Assembly (NCBI GenBank): GCA_963797555.1
Contig: CAWCPV010000007.1
Location: 352,001-416,000 of the forward strand
Origin: an uncultured Gammaproteobacteria bacterium
GTDB taxonomy: Bacteria > Pseudomonadota > Gammaproteobacteria > CAWCPV01
Direction: 5' to 3'
DNA: 64,000 bases
How positions within the stretch are numbered: position 1 is the first letter of the stretch; every line of letters starts with the position of its first letter. Under the pieces are notes generated by a model. That model saw only the letters and a list, made by a program, of their open reading frames with translations. It was not told where the DNA came from and did not search any database. Positions 52,710-61,548 of the stretch are shown here, in pieces. Both the position numbers and the translations under genes were made by a program.

Positions 52710-52841
52710 GAGGTTGTGAAAAAATCCCCTCTCCCCCAGGGAGAGGGCTAGGGTGAGGGTGGTAACTCGCTGAATTCAAAGCCCCTCACCCTAACCCTCT
52801 CCCCCATAAGGGGGCGAGGGGATATATTTTTTCACAGCGTC
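52710..52841 (-). mobile_element. 132-bp MITE/REPIN-like element, copy B, inserted at the wzm TGA stop
   Basis: Reverse complement of 46540-46670 with few differences; TGA on both sides. Confidence 0.88.
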
Positions 52842-53735
52842 TCAGATGATGTCGGCGAAACGCCGCTCGACCTTTTCGAAATAGGCGACCCCCATGGCAA
52901 AGAATGCCGCGGCTACGGCAAACGAGACCTCCAGCGCCCCAAGATCGAAGGGTTTGCCCAAGAATGCGGCCCTGAAGCCCTCGACCAGCCCCGCCATGGG
53001 GTTCAGATACAGCAGCCAGTGCCAGCGTTCCGGGATGAGGCTCGCCGGGTAGATCACCGGCGTGAGGTACATCCAGATCTGCACCAGGAACGGAGTGAGA
53101 TGCATGAAGTCCCGGTAGGCCACGGTGAGGGCCGAGAGCATCGTGCCGAAGCCGAGTGCCGTGAACACGACGGCCACCAAGAGGAGCGGCGCAGCGAGCA
53201 AGTGCCACGTGAGACCGATATGGAACCACAGCATGAGTAACAGCAGGGTGCCGGTGGATATCGCGAGGTCGACCAAGCTTGCCCCGACGGAAGACAACGG
53301 AATGATGAGCCGAGGGAAGTAGACCTTGCTGACGAGCTGGGACGAGCCTACCAGAGACCTTTCCGACTTACCGATTGCGTCCGCGAAGAAGGCCCAGGGC
53401 ACGAGCGCTGCGTAAACGAACACCGGATAGGGGTAGCCATCGGAAGGCACTTTGGCGAAGCGCCCGAAAACGATGCTGAAGATGACCATGGTGGTGAGCG
53501 GCCGCAGCACGGCCCAGGCCGCACCCAAGACGGTCTGCTTGTAGCGCACCGTGATGTCGCGCGCGGTCAGCACCCACAACAGCTCGCGGTAGGCCCACAA
53601 TTCCTTGACATCGAGCATTCGCCAGCCCTTGGGCGGCTCGATGACGGTGAGATGCTCGTGGCCGAAGTAGGCGTCGTGAAGACCCTGTTCGGGCGGGCTC
53701 GTCTCGGCGGCAAGAGGAAGGTCGCGGCTCGTCAT
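52842..53735 (-). CDS. wzm: ABC polysaccharide exporter permease
   Basis: RDITVRYKQTVLGAAW, KVYFPR, YRD, TPVIYP, LNPM, ERRFADII. Confidence 0.95.
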   Translation of the reverse strand: MTSRDLPLAAETSPPEQGLHDAYFGHEHLTVIEPPKGWRMLDVKELWAYRELLWVLTARDITVRYKQTVLGAAWAVLRPLTTMVIFSIVFGRFAKVPSDGYPYPVFVYAALVPWAFFADAIGKSERSLVGSSQLVSKVYFPRLIIPLSSVGASLVDLAISTGTLLLLMLWFHIGLTWHLLAAPLLLVAVVFTALGFGTMLSALTVAYRDFMHLTPFLVQIWMYLTPVIYPASLIPERWHWLLYLNPMAGLVEGFRAAFLGKPFDLGALEVSFAVAAAFFAMGVAYFEKVERRFADII

Positions 53736-54032
53736 GAGTGGCTCGTGCCTCGCGAGGCGCTAATCGCGAACGGGGTGCCGTGTACCACCATCTGGGGGCC
53801 ACGCCCGGTGAGCAGTCGGGCACCTCGCGCGGGCGTGCTCTTCCAGTGAATTACCACAACACGCTGATTGGCGCGGTTTCGTGGCTCGTCTTGGATGTGA
53901 GTGTTCTCGGAACTCGTGACTAAATCGCCGGGAGCGGCCCGCCAGCAGGGCCCACCGAGCGCTTCGGCAAGACCACCGGCTCTCTCGGAAAATTTCTCCC
54001 ATGGGTTGGGCCAATGGCCTGGCCGCTTGGGC

Positions 54033-55098
54033 TCAAGGGCTGATGGGCGCCTTCGAGGCGCTGAGGGGTGTTCGCGAGGACGAGAACAGATGCGCGTTTT
54101 CTCTCACCCAGTGGATCAGTTGGTGCACGCCGTCGCGGACACCGATCTGCGGCCGCCAGCCTAACCGGTCCCTCGCCTTGCCGAGGTCGCAGACGAACAC
54201 GGGCTGGTCCCCCGCGCGCCACGCATCGAACGAGAGTGGAATCCGTGTGTCGAGGTCCGTTTCGAGGAGGACGACGAGTCTCCATCAGCGACAGGGTCTT
54301 GGAGGCCCCGCCCCCGATGTTGAATGCCTGGCCGTTCGCGATCTCCTGGTGCTCGATGGCGGCCTGGTAGGCGCCAACAAGGTCCTCCACGTGGAGCACA
54401 TCGCGAATCTGCTTGCCGTCACCGTAGATGGTGATCGGCTTTTGCAGCACGGCGGCAATGGTGAACCAAGCGACCCACCCCTGGTCTTCGATCCCGAACT
54501 GGCGCGGGCCGTAGATGCAGGACTGCCGGAAGGTCACGGTCTTGATGCCGTAAATGCGCGCGAAATCTATGGTGTACTGGTCCGCCACGCCCTTGGAGCA
54601 GCCATACGGGGAGTGGAAGTCGAGCGGGCGCTGCTCCGAGACACCCTCGGCGAGGTCCTGGTACTCGTAGCGGCCTTGGCGCTCCACGACACTCAGGTCC
54701 TCCATCTTGCCGTAGACCTTGTTCGTGGAGGCGTTGATGAAGAACGTCCTCGGGCTCAGGCGCCGCACCGCGTCCAGCATATTGAACGTGCCCAGGGCGT
54801 TGATCTCGAAGTCCTCGCGGGGATGGGAGACGGACGTGGTGACCGCCACCTGGGCCGCAAGGTGCAACAGGACGTTGGGGCGGGTGCCGCGCACCACGCG
54901 ATCCACTTCCGCCGCATCGCGCAGGTCCACGCGCTCGAAGTGCAGCGGCGCCCGCTCACGCAGCCACTGCAGGTTGTCCGGCGCCCCTCGGCGTGACAGG
55001 TTGTCGAGCACGGTGACGTCCCAGCCCTTGGCTGCGAAGTGCGCCGCCGAGTTGACTCCGATGAAACCGGCTCCACCGGTGATCAGGATGGATGGCAC
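54033..55098 (-). CDS. NAD-dependent epimerase (CDP-tyvelose 2-epimerase/RfbE-like), frameshift near 54280
   Basis: TGGAGFIG, AAQVAVTTS, STNKVYG, SPYGCSKG, EDQGWVAWF; tail RAGDQPVFVCD in another frame. Confidence 0.88.
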
Positions 55099-56390
55099 CC
55101 GCTCGCTCCTTGCCGTCCAAACGTGTATCGGAACGCGGCCCAGAACCGCTCGCGCGCGGCCCGCCTGCCGTAGCTTTCCTCGACCAGCCGTCGTGCCCCG
55201 ACCGACAGCGTCGCGCGGAAGGCTCGGTCACCGACGATGCGCCGAACGGCCTGAGCCATGGAAGGGGCGGCGAAATCGCACAGCAGACCGGTCCGGCCCT
55301 CCAGAACGAATTCCTCGGGGCCGCCGCTGCGGGTCGACACCACGGGACAGCCGCAGGCCATGGCCTCCAGCGCGGCGATGCACAGCCCTTCCTGGTGGGA
55401 CGGGATGACGAATACGTCGGTGCGCCGAAGGTGCTCGGCAATCTCACGAGCCCCCAGGTACGGGTGGAAGCGCACCGCGTCCCCGAGCGCCAGAGTCTGC
55501 ACCTGGGCGCGCACCGATTCGGGAGGCGCGCCCCCGATGAGATGCGCCGTGACCTGCAGGCCCGCGTCGCGGCAGCACTTGACGGCTTCGATGAGCAGTC
55601 CGACATTCTTGCGTGGGTCGTCGACCCGGCCCACGAAGCTCACTCGTCCCGGCATCACCTGGGCGGGGTCGGGGGAGAAGCGGTCGATGTCGACGGGCAT
55701 CGGCAGCACGTCGAAGGTGACCCTGCGGGCGGCCACGCGATTCAGTCCTTCCCCGGTGTAGCGGCTCAAGGCGAGTATAGTGCCGCGGCGCAACACCCGG
55801 CGTTCCAGGGCGCCGAGCACCCGGCCGTTGAGCAGGCGGTCGAGGACCCTGCGATACCAGGGGAACAGCCGAATGCGGTCGCGCCGGTCGTCATGCCAAG
55901 GTGTGGCGACCCAGGCCAGGAACGGCCGGTCGGTCAGTGCGTACCCGGTGGCCGCGAGGCAGTTCCCGGAAACCGCAACGTAATGCTGGCAGGATTCGAA
56001 CAGGCGCCGCCAGGAGCGGGTAGGCAGATAGTGCGTGAACTCCAGCTCGGGCAGCCACGCGCCCATGGCGTGCGCCTCGAAAGCGCCCAGAGCCCGCTCG
56101 GGCCGCGTGCCCACACGCCGGCGGAACAGCCGGTGCCCCGGCACGGACAGCTCGGGGGAGAGGCTATAGGGCTGATAGTACGCGACGACGGGCTCGTATC
56201 CTTCGGAGGCCAGTGTTCCCGCGACGAAGCTTGCCATCTGCGGGACGCCGCCGCTGATGGGCACGATGGTGGAGATCAGGACGCGTTCTGGTGGAAGGCA
56301 AAAAGCGCAAGGTGAAAGGTCGCCACGAATCACTCCTTTGACCTTTCGTCCTTTGCCAGCAATGGTGGAAATTAGGAGGCGTACGGGCAT
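55083..56390 (-). CDS. Glycosyltransferase family 4 with a 32-codon N-terminal insertion
   Basis: SGGVP, GRVDDPRKN, EGLCIAALEAMACG. Confidence 0.9.
   Translation of the reverse strand: MPVRLLISTIAGKGRKVKGVIRGDLSPCAFCLPPERVLISTIVPISGGVPQMASFVAGTLASEGYEPVVAYYQPYSLSPELSVPGHRLFRRRVGTRPERALGAFEAHAMGAWLPELEFTHYLPTRSWRRLFESCQHYVAVSGNCLAATGYALTDRPFLAWVATPWHDDRRDRIRLFPWYRRVLDRLLNGRVLGALERRVLRRGTILALSRYTGEGLNRVAARRVTFDVLPMPVDIDRFSPDPAQVMPGRVSFVGRVDDPRKNVGLLIEAVKCCRDAGLQVTAHLIGGAPPESVRAQVQTLALGDAVRFHPYLGAREIAEHLRRTDVFVIPSHQEGLCIAALEAMACGCPVVSTRSGGPEEFVLEGRTGLLCDFAAPSMAQAVRRIVGDRAFRATLSVGARRLVEESYGRRAARERFWAAFRYTFGRQGASGCHPS
56297..56357. repeat. 7-bp-period inverted array read in frame inside the GT4 N-terminus
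   Basis: aaggcaa aaagcgc aaggtga aaggtcg .. cctttga cctttcg tcctttgcc between two copies of the RxLISTI codons. Confidence 0.75.
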
Positions 56391-56519
56391 AGGGGGACAG
56401 GTAGGCAGGCATCCTGGCGGAGGAACCGATGTTGCGGTCAGGCGGCCTACGTCTTCGTCCCCGGGAGGCGCCTCCTGCAGGCGCGCGTTCCGGTCGGCAA
56501 CGCGATCTGCGGCCCCCAA

Positions 56520-56936
56520 TCACGCCTCGAGCGAGGCATCGACTGCTCGGGCGAAGGCGCGGAAGTCATCCAGTCCGCGTAGGCAGATGCCGAAGACGAT
56601 CTGCCAGTCGATGGCCCTGTAGTTGTGGATGGCGATGTTGCGGAAGCCGACGGCCTTCTTGAGGCGCTCGGCGAGGCTGCCGTCGATTATCTCTGCCTCG
56701 GCGAGCGCGTCGAACACGCCGCCCATCGTGTCGGGCACCCGCATGTCGCCTTCTGCGAGGAAGTGAGATCCCACATCCACACAGAGCTGGACGGCCCGCG
56801 TGAGGTTGAGCGCGACGATGTCCTGGGCGTCCGAGTCCGAGGCGAGCTGCTCGACGGTAGCCGGACACCGTGCCTGCACCCTCGTTACGCAACGGCGGAG
56901 GGACTCCAGCTTGTCGGCTAGGAGCCGCCTATCCAC
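56520..56936 (-). CDS. hepT: HEPN RNase toxin (DUF86, HepT type)
   Basis: AVGFRNIAIHNY (RX4H) motif; overlaps upstream MNT gene. Confidence 0.88.
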   Translation of the reverse strand: MDRRLLADKLESLRRCVTRVQARCPATVEQLASDSDAQDIVALNLTRAVQLCVDVGSHFLAEGDMRVPDTMGGVFDALAEAEIIDGSLAERLKKAVGFRNIAIHNYRAIDWQIVFGICLRGLDDFRAFARAVDASLEA

Positions 56937-57319
56937 CGACGCCGCCGTTCCGCGAGTATCCGGTCTCGATAGGGGAGCCAGTCGGCCTGTTCGAATACCA
57001 GCCTCTTGATGAGCTCTGCGTAGAGGGCGCGGTCCTTCAGGCAGACAAGCCGGCCTTTGCACAGGGCTTGGCGCAGGATTCCTGTTCCTGCTGTGCTGAG
57101 GTCGATCAGGTCGATGGGTCTCCCGGTTAATACGGCGAGGTCAGCGATGAGCGCAGCCTTCGCGTCGGCGGTGAGCGGGGCGGGACCAGCCACCGCCAGG
57201 TCGATGTCGCTGTCGCGACGCGCCCGGCCGCTGGCGACCGAGCCGAAGAGCAGAGCCAGGGCGACGGAAGGTTCCGCAGCGAGGCGCTCCTCGAGTCTGG
57301 CTTCGAGGTCCTTTGCCAT
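56918..57319 (-). CDS. mntA: Minimal nucleotidyltransferase antitoxin (MntA type)
   Basis: LFGSVASGRARRDSDIDL (GSX10DXD), IDLIDL. Confidence 0.88.
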   Translation of the reverse strand: MAKDLEARLEERLAAEPSVALALLFGSVASGRARRDSDIDLAVAGPAPLTADAKAALIADLAVLTGRPIDLIDLSTAGTGILRQALCKGRLVCLKDRALYAELIKRLVFEQADWLPYRDRILAERRRRWIGGS

Positions 57320-57405
57320 GGGACTAAGACGGGCAAGCGCCGGGAGTGGGTTCAGGTAGCAACTGCTGCGAGACGCACCCCAGCAGTTCGGCCGGGCCTC
57401 CTACA

Positions 57406-57447
57406 CAGGATAAGGTGAAAGGCAGCTGCTTTCCTTGTGCCTTGTTT
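57406..57447. repeat. 7-bp-period hairpin after the asnB-like stop codon
   Basis: acaggat aaggtga aagg cagctg ctttcct tgtgcct tgt; shares aaggtgaaagg with 56309. Confidence 0.6.
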
Positions 57448-59345
57448 CACGCCGCGGCGCGCAGCGACGCTGACTCCGTGATCCTTGTGCCGAGCACGTA
57501 CGCCCAGCGCCGGGCCCAGGGCGTGCCTTTTCTGGTCAGCGGCCCCATGGAACTCCAGCTTCCGACCCGCGGGTCGCCGGCGAGCCAGTCGTCGATCGGG
57601 ACCGTGAAGCCGGTCTTCGCCCGGTCCGCCACGACGGCCGGAAGAGGCGGGCGGGGACTCTCCGACAGCCAGCGCTTGCCATGCGGGCGCGCCGATGCGG
57701 CGAGGACCGGCGCCACGTCACGGAGCAACTGGATGTCCACCAGCGGCGTGCGCACCTCCAGGGAGTGGGCCAGGCTCGCCCAGTCGGTGTCCCTGAGAAG
57801 CTGGTTGCGCATGTACAGCGATGCCTCCAGGGCGGCCACGCGCGCGAAGGGCGACACGGGATCGGGTGCGAGGGCGGCTTGCACGTGTCCCAGCGGTTGA
57901 AGTTCGGCCAGACCCGCCGCCACGAGTTCGGGGTCCATGAACCCGCTGAGCTCCCACGGCATGAACAGTCCGCGGCGCAGGAGGTAGGCGCCGGGGTATG
58001 TGCCGCCGTACTTGAGGAGACCCGCGGTCTTGGGACTGAAACCCGAGGTCTGAGGAGCGAGTACGGAGACCGCGTGGCGAAACGCGTCACCCAGCCCGGG
58101 GACTCTGGACGGCAGAGCGAAGGTGCGGACCCACCGGGGTATGTCCCGAAAGGTGGGGTACCCGCCGAACAGCTCGTCGCCGCCCAATCCCGAGATCGCG
58201 ACCTTGAGCCCCAGTTCGGCCGCCGCCTTGCTGACGAACCAGGTGTTCACCCCGTCGATGCTGGGCTGGTCCATGGCATCCAGAATGCGGGGCAGGTCGG
58301 CCTGGAACTCGGTGCGGGTGACGGTCCGGACGACATGCTCCGCAGCATACCGGCGGGCGACCCGCGCGGCGAGCGGCGCCTCGTCGCCGCGCTTCCCACG
58401 AAACTCCTCGAAGGCCAGGGTGACAGTGTTGATTCGCGCGGGTTGTGGCGGGCGACCAGCGTTGGAGGCCTCCCGCTGAGCCTCGCTCATCAGCCCGAGG
58501 AGGGCGCCGGAGTCGACGCCCGCCGACAGGAACAGGCCCACCGGGACGTCCGCGATCATGTGGTGCCGCACGGAGTCGAGTAGGGCGGCGCGGACGCGTT
58601 CGCCGAGGTCCCCCTCTGCGAGCGGCTGTGGGCGTCGGACGGCGTCGTGCCAGACGCTCGACACGGAGCAAAAGGTTTCCGGTGTCCGCGGTCCGCAGTC
58701 GGTCACCCAGAGGTAGGTGCCGGCAGGCAACGCGCGGATGCTCCGGTAGATGGTGTGGGGTTCCGGCACGCTGCCGAACAGGTAAAAACCAGTCAAGCCG
58801 GCGGGACACAACGATCGGGAGATACCACCGCCCATGAGCAAGGCCTTGACCTGAGAAGCCGCCCGCAATGTTCCGCCGTCGTCGGCATAGTAGAGAGGCT
58901 TGATGCCGTAGGGGTCGCGGGCGAGAAGGAGGGCGCGTTTGTGAGCGTCCCACAAGGCGAAGGCGTACATGCCGCGCAGCTCGTCGAACATACCCTCGCC
59001 TTTGTCGGCGTATAGATGAAGCAGCACCTCGGTATCGCTGTGGGAGCGGAAGCAGTAGCCTTTGCGTTCGAGCGCTCCGCGCAGCGCACGGTAGTTGTAG
59101 ATCTCCCCATTGAAGCTGACGACCACCCCGCCATCCTCGGTGCTCATGGGCTGGGCACCGCGGTCCGACAGGTCGATGATGGACAGACGCCGATGGCCCA
59201 GAGCGAGGCGCCCGCTCTCGGAGAACCACTCGCCCTTGCCGTCCGGTCCGCGCGCCGCCATGTGGTCGCGGATGCGGCGCAGCTCCTCCCGGTCGATCCG
59301 AGGCGCTGAATGTCGGTACGCGTAAATGCCGGCGACGCCACACAT
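57447..59345 (-). CDS. asnB: Asparagine synthase-like glutamine amidotransferase (probably glycan amidation)
   Basis: MCG N-terminus, RGPD, HRRLSIID, NGEIYN, FLSAGVDS, SGLGGDELFGGY, SLEVRTP. Confidence 0.93.
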   Translation of the reverse strand: MCGVAGIYAYRHSAPRIDREELRRIRDHMAARGPDGKGEWFSESGRLALGHRRLSIIDLSDRGAQPMSTEDGGVVVSFNGEIYNYRALRGALERKGYCFRSHSDTEVLLHLYADKGEGMFDELRGMYAFALWDAHKRALLLARDPYGIKPLYYADDGGTLRAASQVKALLMGGGISRSLCPAGLTGFYLFGSVPEPHTIYRSIRALPAGTYLWVTDCGPRTPETFCSVSSVWHDAVRRPQPLAEGDLGERVRAALLDSVRHHMIADVPVGLFLSAGVDSGALLGLMSEAQREASNAGRPPQPARINTVTLAFEEFRGKRGDEAPLAARVARRYAAEHVVRTVTRTEFQADLPRILDAMDQPSIDGVNTWFVSKAAAELGLKVAISGLGGDELFGGYPTFRDIPRWVRTFALPSRVPGLGDAFRHAVSVLAPQTSGFSPKTAGLLKYGGTYPGAYLLRRGLFMPWELSGFMDPELVAAGLAELQPLGHVQAALAPDPVSPFARVAALEASLYMRNQLLRDTDWASLAHSLEVRTPLVDIQLLRDVAPVLAASARPHGKRWLSESPRPPLPAVVADRAKTGFTVPIDDWLAGDPRVGSWSSMGPLTRKGTPWARRWAYVLGTRITESASLRAAA

Positions 59346-59543
59346 GGACGGAGAAGCTAAGGAAAGTCAGAGCTTGTCGGCGTCGCTTTGAGACCCACGG
59401 CGCACGGGATACTCTTTCGGCGAGGTCGGCCGTGGCATGCGGGTTCGCTTGCGGCCCCGCGGTCCACGGCATGTTTGGGGCGCGCGTCGTGCCCTTGGTG
59501 GCAGAAACATCGGTGTCGGCGGGGCGCTCGCTGCCAGCGGAAG

Positions 59544-59912
59544 TCACGGATTCTGGAGCTGAGAGTCCCGGCGTATCCCCGGCAGCTCCTCCCGGAGTTC
59601 CTCCAGCAGACCCGTCAGGCGCTCGTACTCTTCCATCTTGGCTCTCAGGAACCGTGCCGTGGTCTGAGCCTTCTCGTGAAGGCCGCTGGGGGTCAGCAAG
59701 TAAGCGTAAGCGCGTTTTTGGGCGCTCGCCCGAAAACGGCGAGCCTCGATCCAGCCCTTTTGGACCAAGGCCTTGAGGCTATAGTTGGCCTTCCCCAGGC
59801 TGATGCCGAGGGCTCTGGCAAGCTCGCGCTGAGTGAGGTTCGGGTGAGCCTCGATGAGCTTGAGGAGCCGGTAGTGGGTCTCTTCTGGAGACAAAGGCAG
59901 GGGCTCGGGCAC
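59544..59912 (-). CDS. EPS-associated MarR family regulator (alternative TTG start at 59894)
   Basis: QRELARALGISLGKANY, YAYLLTPSG, FLRAKMEEYE. Confidence 0.92.
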   Translation of the reverse strand: MPEPLPLSPEETHYRLLKLIEAHPNLTQRELARALGISLGKANYSLKALVQKGWIEARRFRASAQKRAYAYLLTPSGLHEKAQTTARFLRAKMEEYERLTGLLEELREELPGIRRDSQLQNP

Positions 59913-59946
59913 GCTACCGCCGTACCGTGCGTTCTCTGCACAGTAC
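59910..59946 (-). promoter_or_regulatory. ops element with upstream stem-loop (JUMPStart-like)
   Basis: GTACTGTGC-AGAGAAC-GCACGGTAC hairpin immediately followed by exact GGCGGTAGCGTG; rfaH is in the same locus. Confidence 0.85.
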
Positions 59947-60018
59947 GGGCTTATCGCTCGTTGGTCTTGGGTGTTCGGACTCTTGTCAGCCGTTGCGCCG
60001 ACGCGGAGCCCGTTGGGT

Positions 60019-60063
60019 GTTCAAGTGTTGAACGACCGCATTGAACCGACGCCGGGGTGTCAA
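60019..60063 (-). promoter_or_regulatory. Candidate internal promoter and MarR operator
   Basis: TTGACA at 60063-60058 (weak -10); palindrome GTTCAA-N3-TTGAAC at 60019-60033 plus an extra half-site at 60041-60046. Confidence 0.5.
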
Positions 60064-60164
60064 GTCAAGGGCGAAGGCGGCACACGGCTCGCGATGACGA
60101 CGGTGTCCGGCGGTCGGACGCTGACGGTCGGCCCTCGACGGGCGGGGCCGAGCCGAATGCGAGG

Positions 60165-61166
60165 TTACCCGGAGGCGTTGCCCCGAACGCCGGACGCCCG
60201 GGCGATGCTCCAGTCCCAAGCAGTGCTTAAGATGGTCTCCAGATCATGATGGCGCGGTCGCCAGCCGAGCTCCGCCACCGCGCGTGTGGCCTCTCCGACT
60301 AGACGCGGCGGGTCTCCGCGGCGGCGCGGACCCACCTTTACGGTGAAGTTGCGCCCCGTCACACGGCGCGCTGCTTCGATGACCTCCTTGACGGAAAAAC
60401 CTATGCCGTTCCCAAGGTTGTAAGCCGAACCCGCGCTTCCTGCTTGCAGAGCGCGCAGGGCCAGCACGTGCGCTTCGGCTAGATCGGTGACGTGGATGTA
60501 ATCGCGGATACAGGTCCCATCCGGTGTCTCGTAGTCATCACCCAAGACCGTGACGTGAGGACGCCTCCCCGCTGCGGCGTCCAGCACCAGCGGGATGAGA
60601 TGCGTCTCGGGATCGTGGTCCTCACCCGTTTCGCCTGCCGGATCAGCCCCTGCGGCGTTGAAATAGCGGAGCGAGACGGAGCGCATGCCATAAGCCCGCT
60701 CGAAGTCCTGGAGCATCCGCTCGACCATGAGTTTGGACGCGCCATAGGGGCTGATCGGGTCCTGAGGGTGGTCCTCCGGTATTGGTATTCGGCGGGGCAT
60801 ACCATACGTGGCGCAGGTGCTGGAGAAGATGAACCGCTGGACGCCACGGTCTCGGGCGACTTCCATGAGGGTGAGGCTCCCGGCCACGTTGTTGCGGTAG
60901 TACCTTGCGGGGTTCTCCATCGACTCGCCGACGTAGGCGTAGGCGGCGAAATGCATGACCGCTTCGGGCCCATACTTCCGAAATACCTCATCGAGGCGCG
61001 CCCGATCGAGCACATCCCCTTCCTCCAGAGGCCCCCACTGGACCGCCCATCGGTGGCCGTACACCAGGTTGTCGAAGGTGACGGGCGTGTATCCGGCCTT
61101 TGCCAGGGCTTTGCAGGCGTGGCTGCCGATATAGCCTGCGCCGCCGGTCACGAGGATGGTGGGCAT
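60165..61166 (-). CDS. galE: UDP-glucose 4-epimerase
   Basis: TGGAGYIGSH, HFAAYAYVGES, SSTCATYG, YGASK, RYFNAAGAD, DGTCIRDYIHV. Confidence 0.95.
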   Translation of the reverse strand: MPTILVTGGAGYIGSHACKALAKAGYTPVTFDNLVYGHRWAVQWGPLEEGDVLDRARLDEVFRKYGPEAVMHFAAYAYVGESMENPARYYRNNVAGSLTLMEVARDRGVQRFIFSSTCATYGMPRRIPIPEDHPQDPISPYGASKLMVERMLQDFERAYGMRSVSLRYFNAAGADPAGETGEDHDPETHLIPLVLDAAAGRRPHVTVLGDDYETPDGTCIRDYIHVTDLAEAHVLALRALQAGSAGSAYNLGNGIGFSVKEVIEAARRVTGRNFTVKVGPRRRGDPPRLVGEATRAVAELGWRPRHHDLETILSTAWDWSIARASGVRGNASG

Positions 61167-61224
61167 GAGGCTCGGTGAGTGATGAACAGTGACCCGTAGT
61201 TTAGCCGGGCAGGGGAACAGCAGG

Positions 61225-61490
61225 CTATCCTTCCGGGATGGCGCGGATCAGACCCACGACCGGTCGCGAAACGTCTTCGACTCCGCGCTGGACTTGGACC
61301 AGCGCGGTTAAGTCGCAGACGCCGGCCAATCGGGAGATCTCAATCTGGCTACCCGCATTGCCCGCAGACCCGGAGGCCGCGCAAGAATCTCGACGGCCTC
61401 CCTGCGATTTTGCCGGGCGGCTCCCTCCGGGAATTGCGCGCAATCCACAGCACGGCGTGCGGCGTCGTGAAACGGGTCCGAGTCAACTGT
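61225..61490 (-). pseudogene. Decayed four-helix-bundle (23S IVS-like) protein gene
   Basis: Across frameshifts: RRAV..PEGAARQNRRE / ASGSAG..SQIEISRL..VEDVSR..GLIRAI; flanked by GTGAnnn and nnnTCAC heptamer arms. Confidence 0.65.
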
Positions 61491-61548
61491 GGGGTTGCCT
61501 CGAGGGCCGGCGAATCGCGGCGGGTTATGCTGCCCAGTGGTCTGATCG

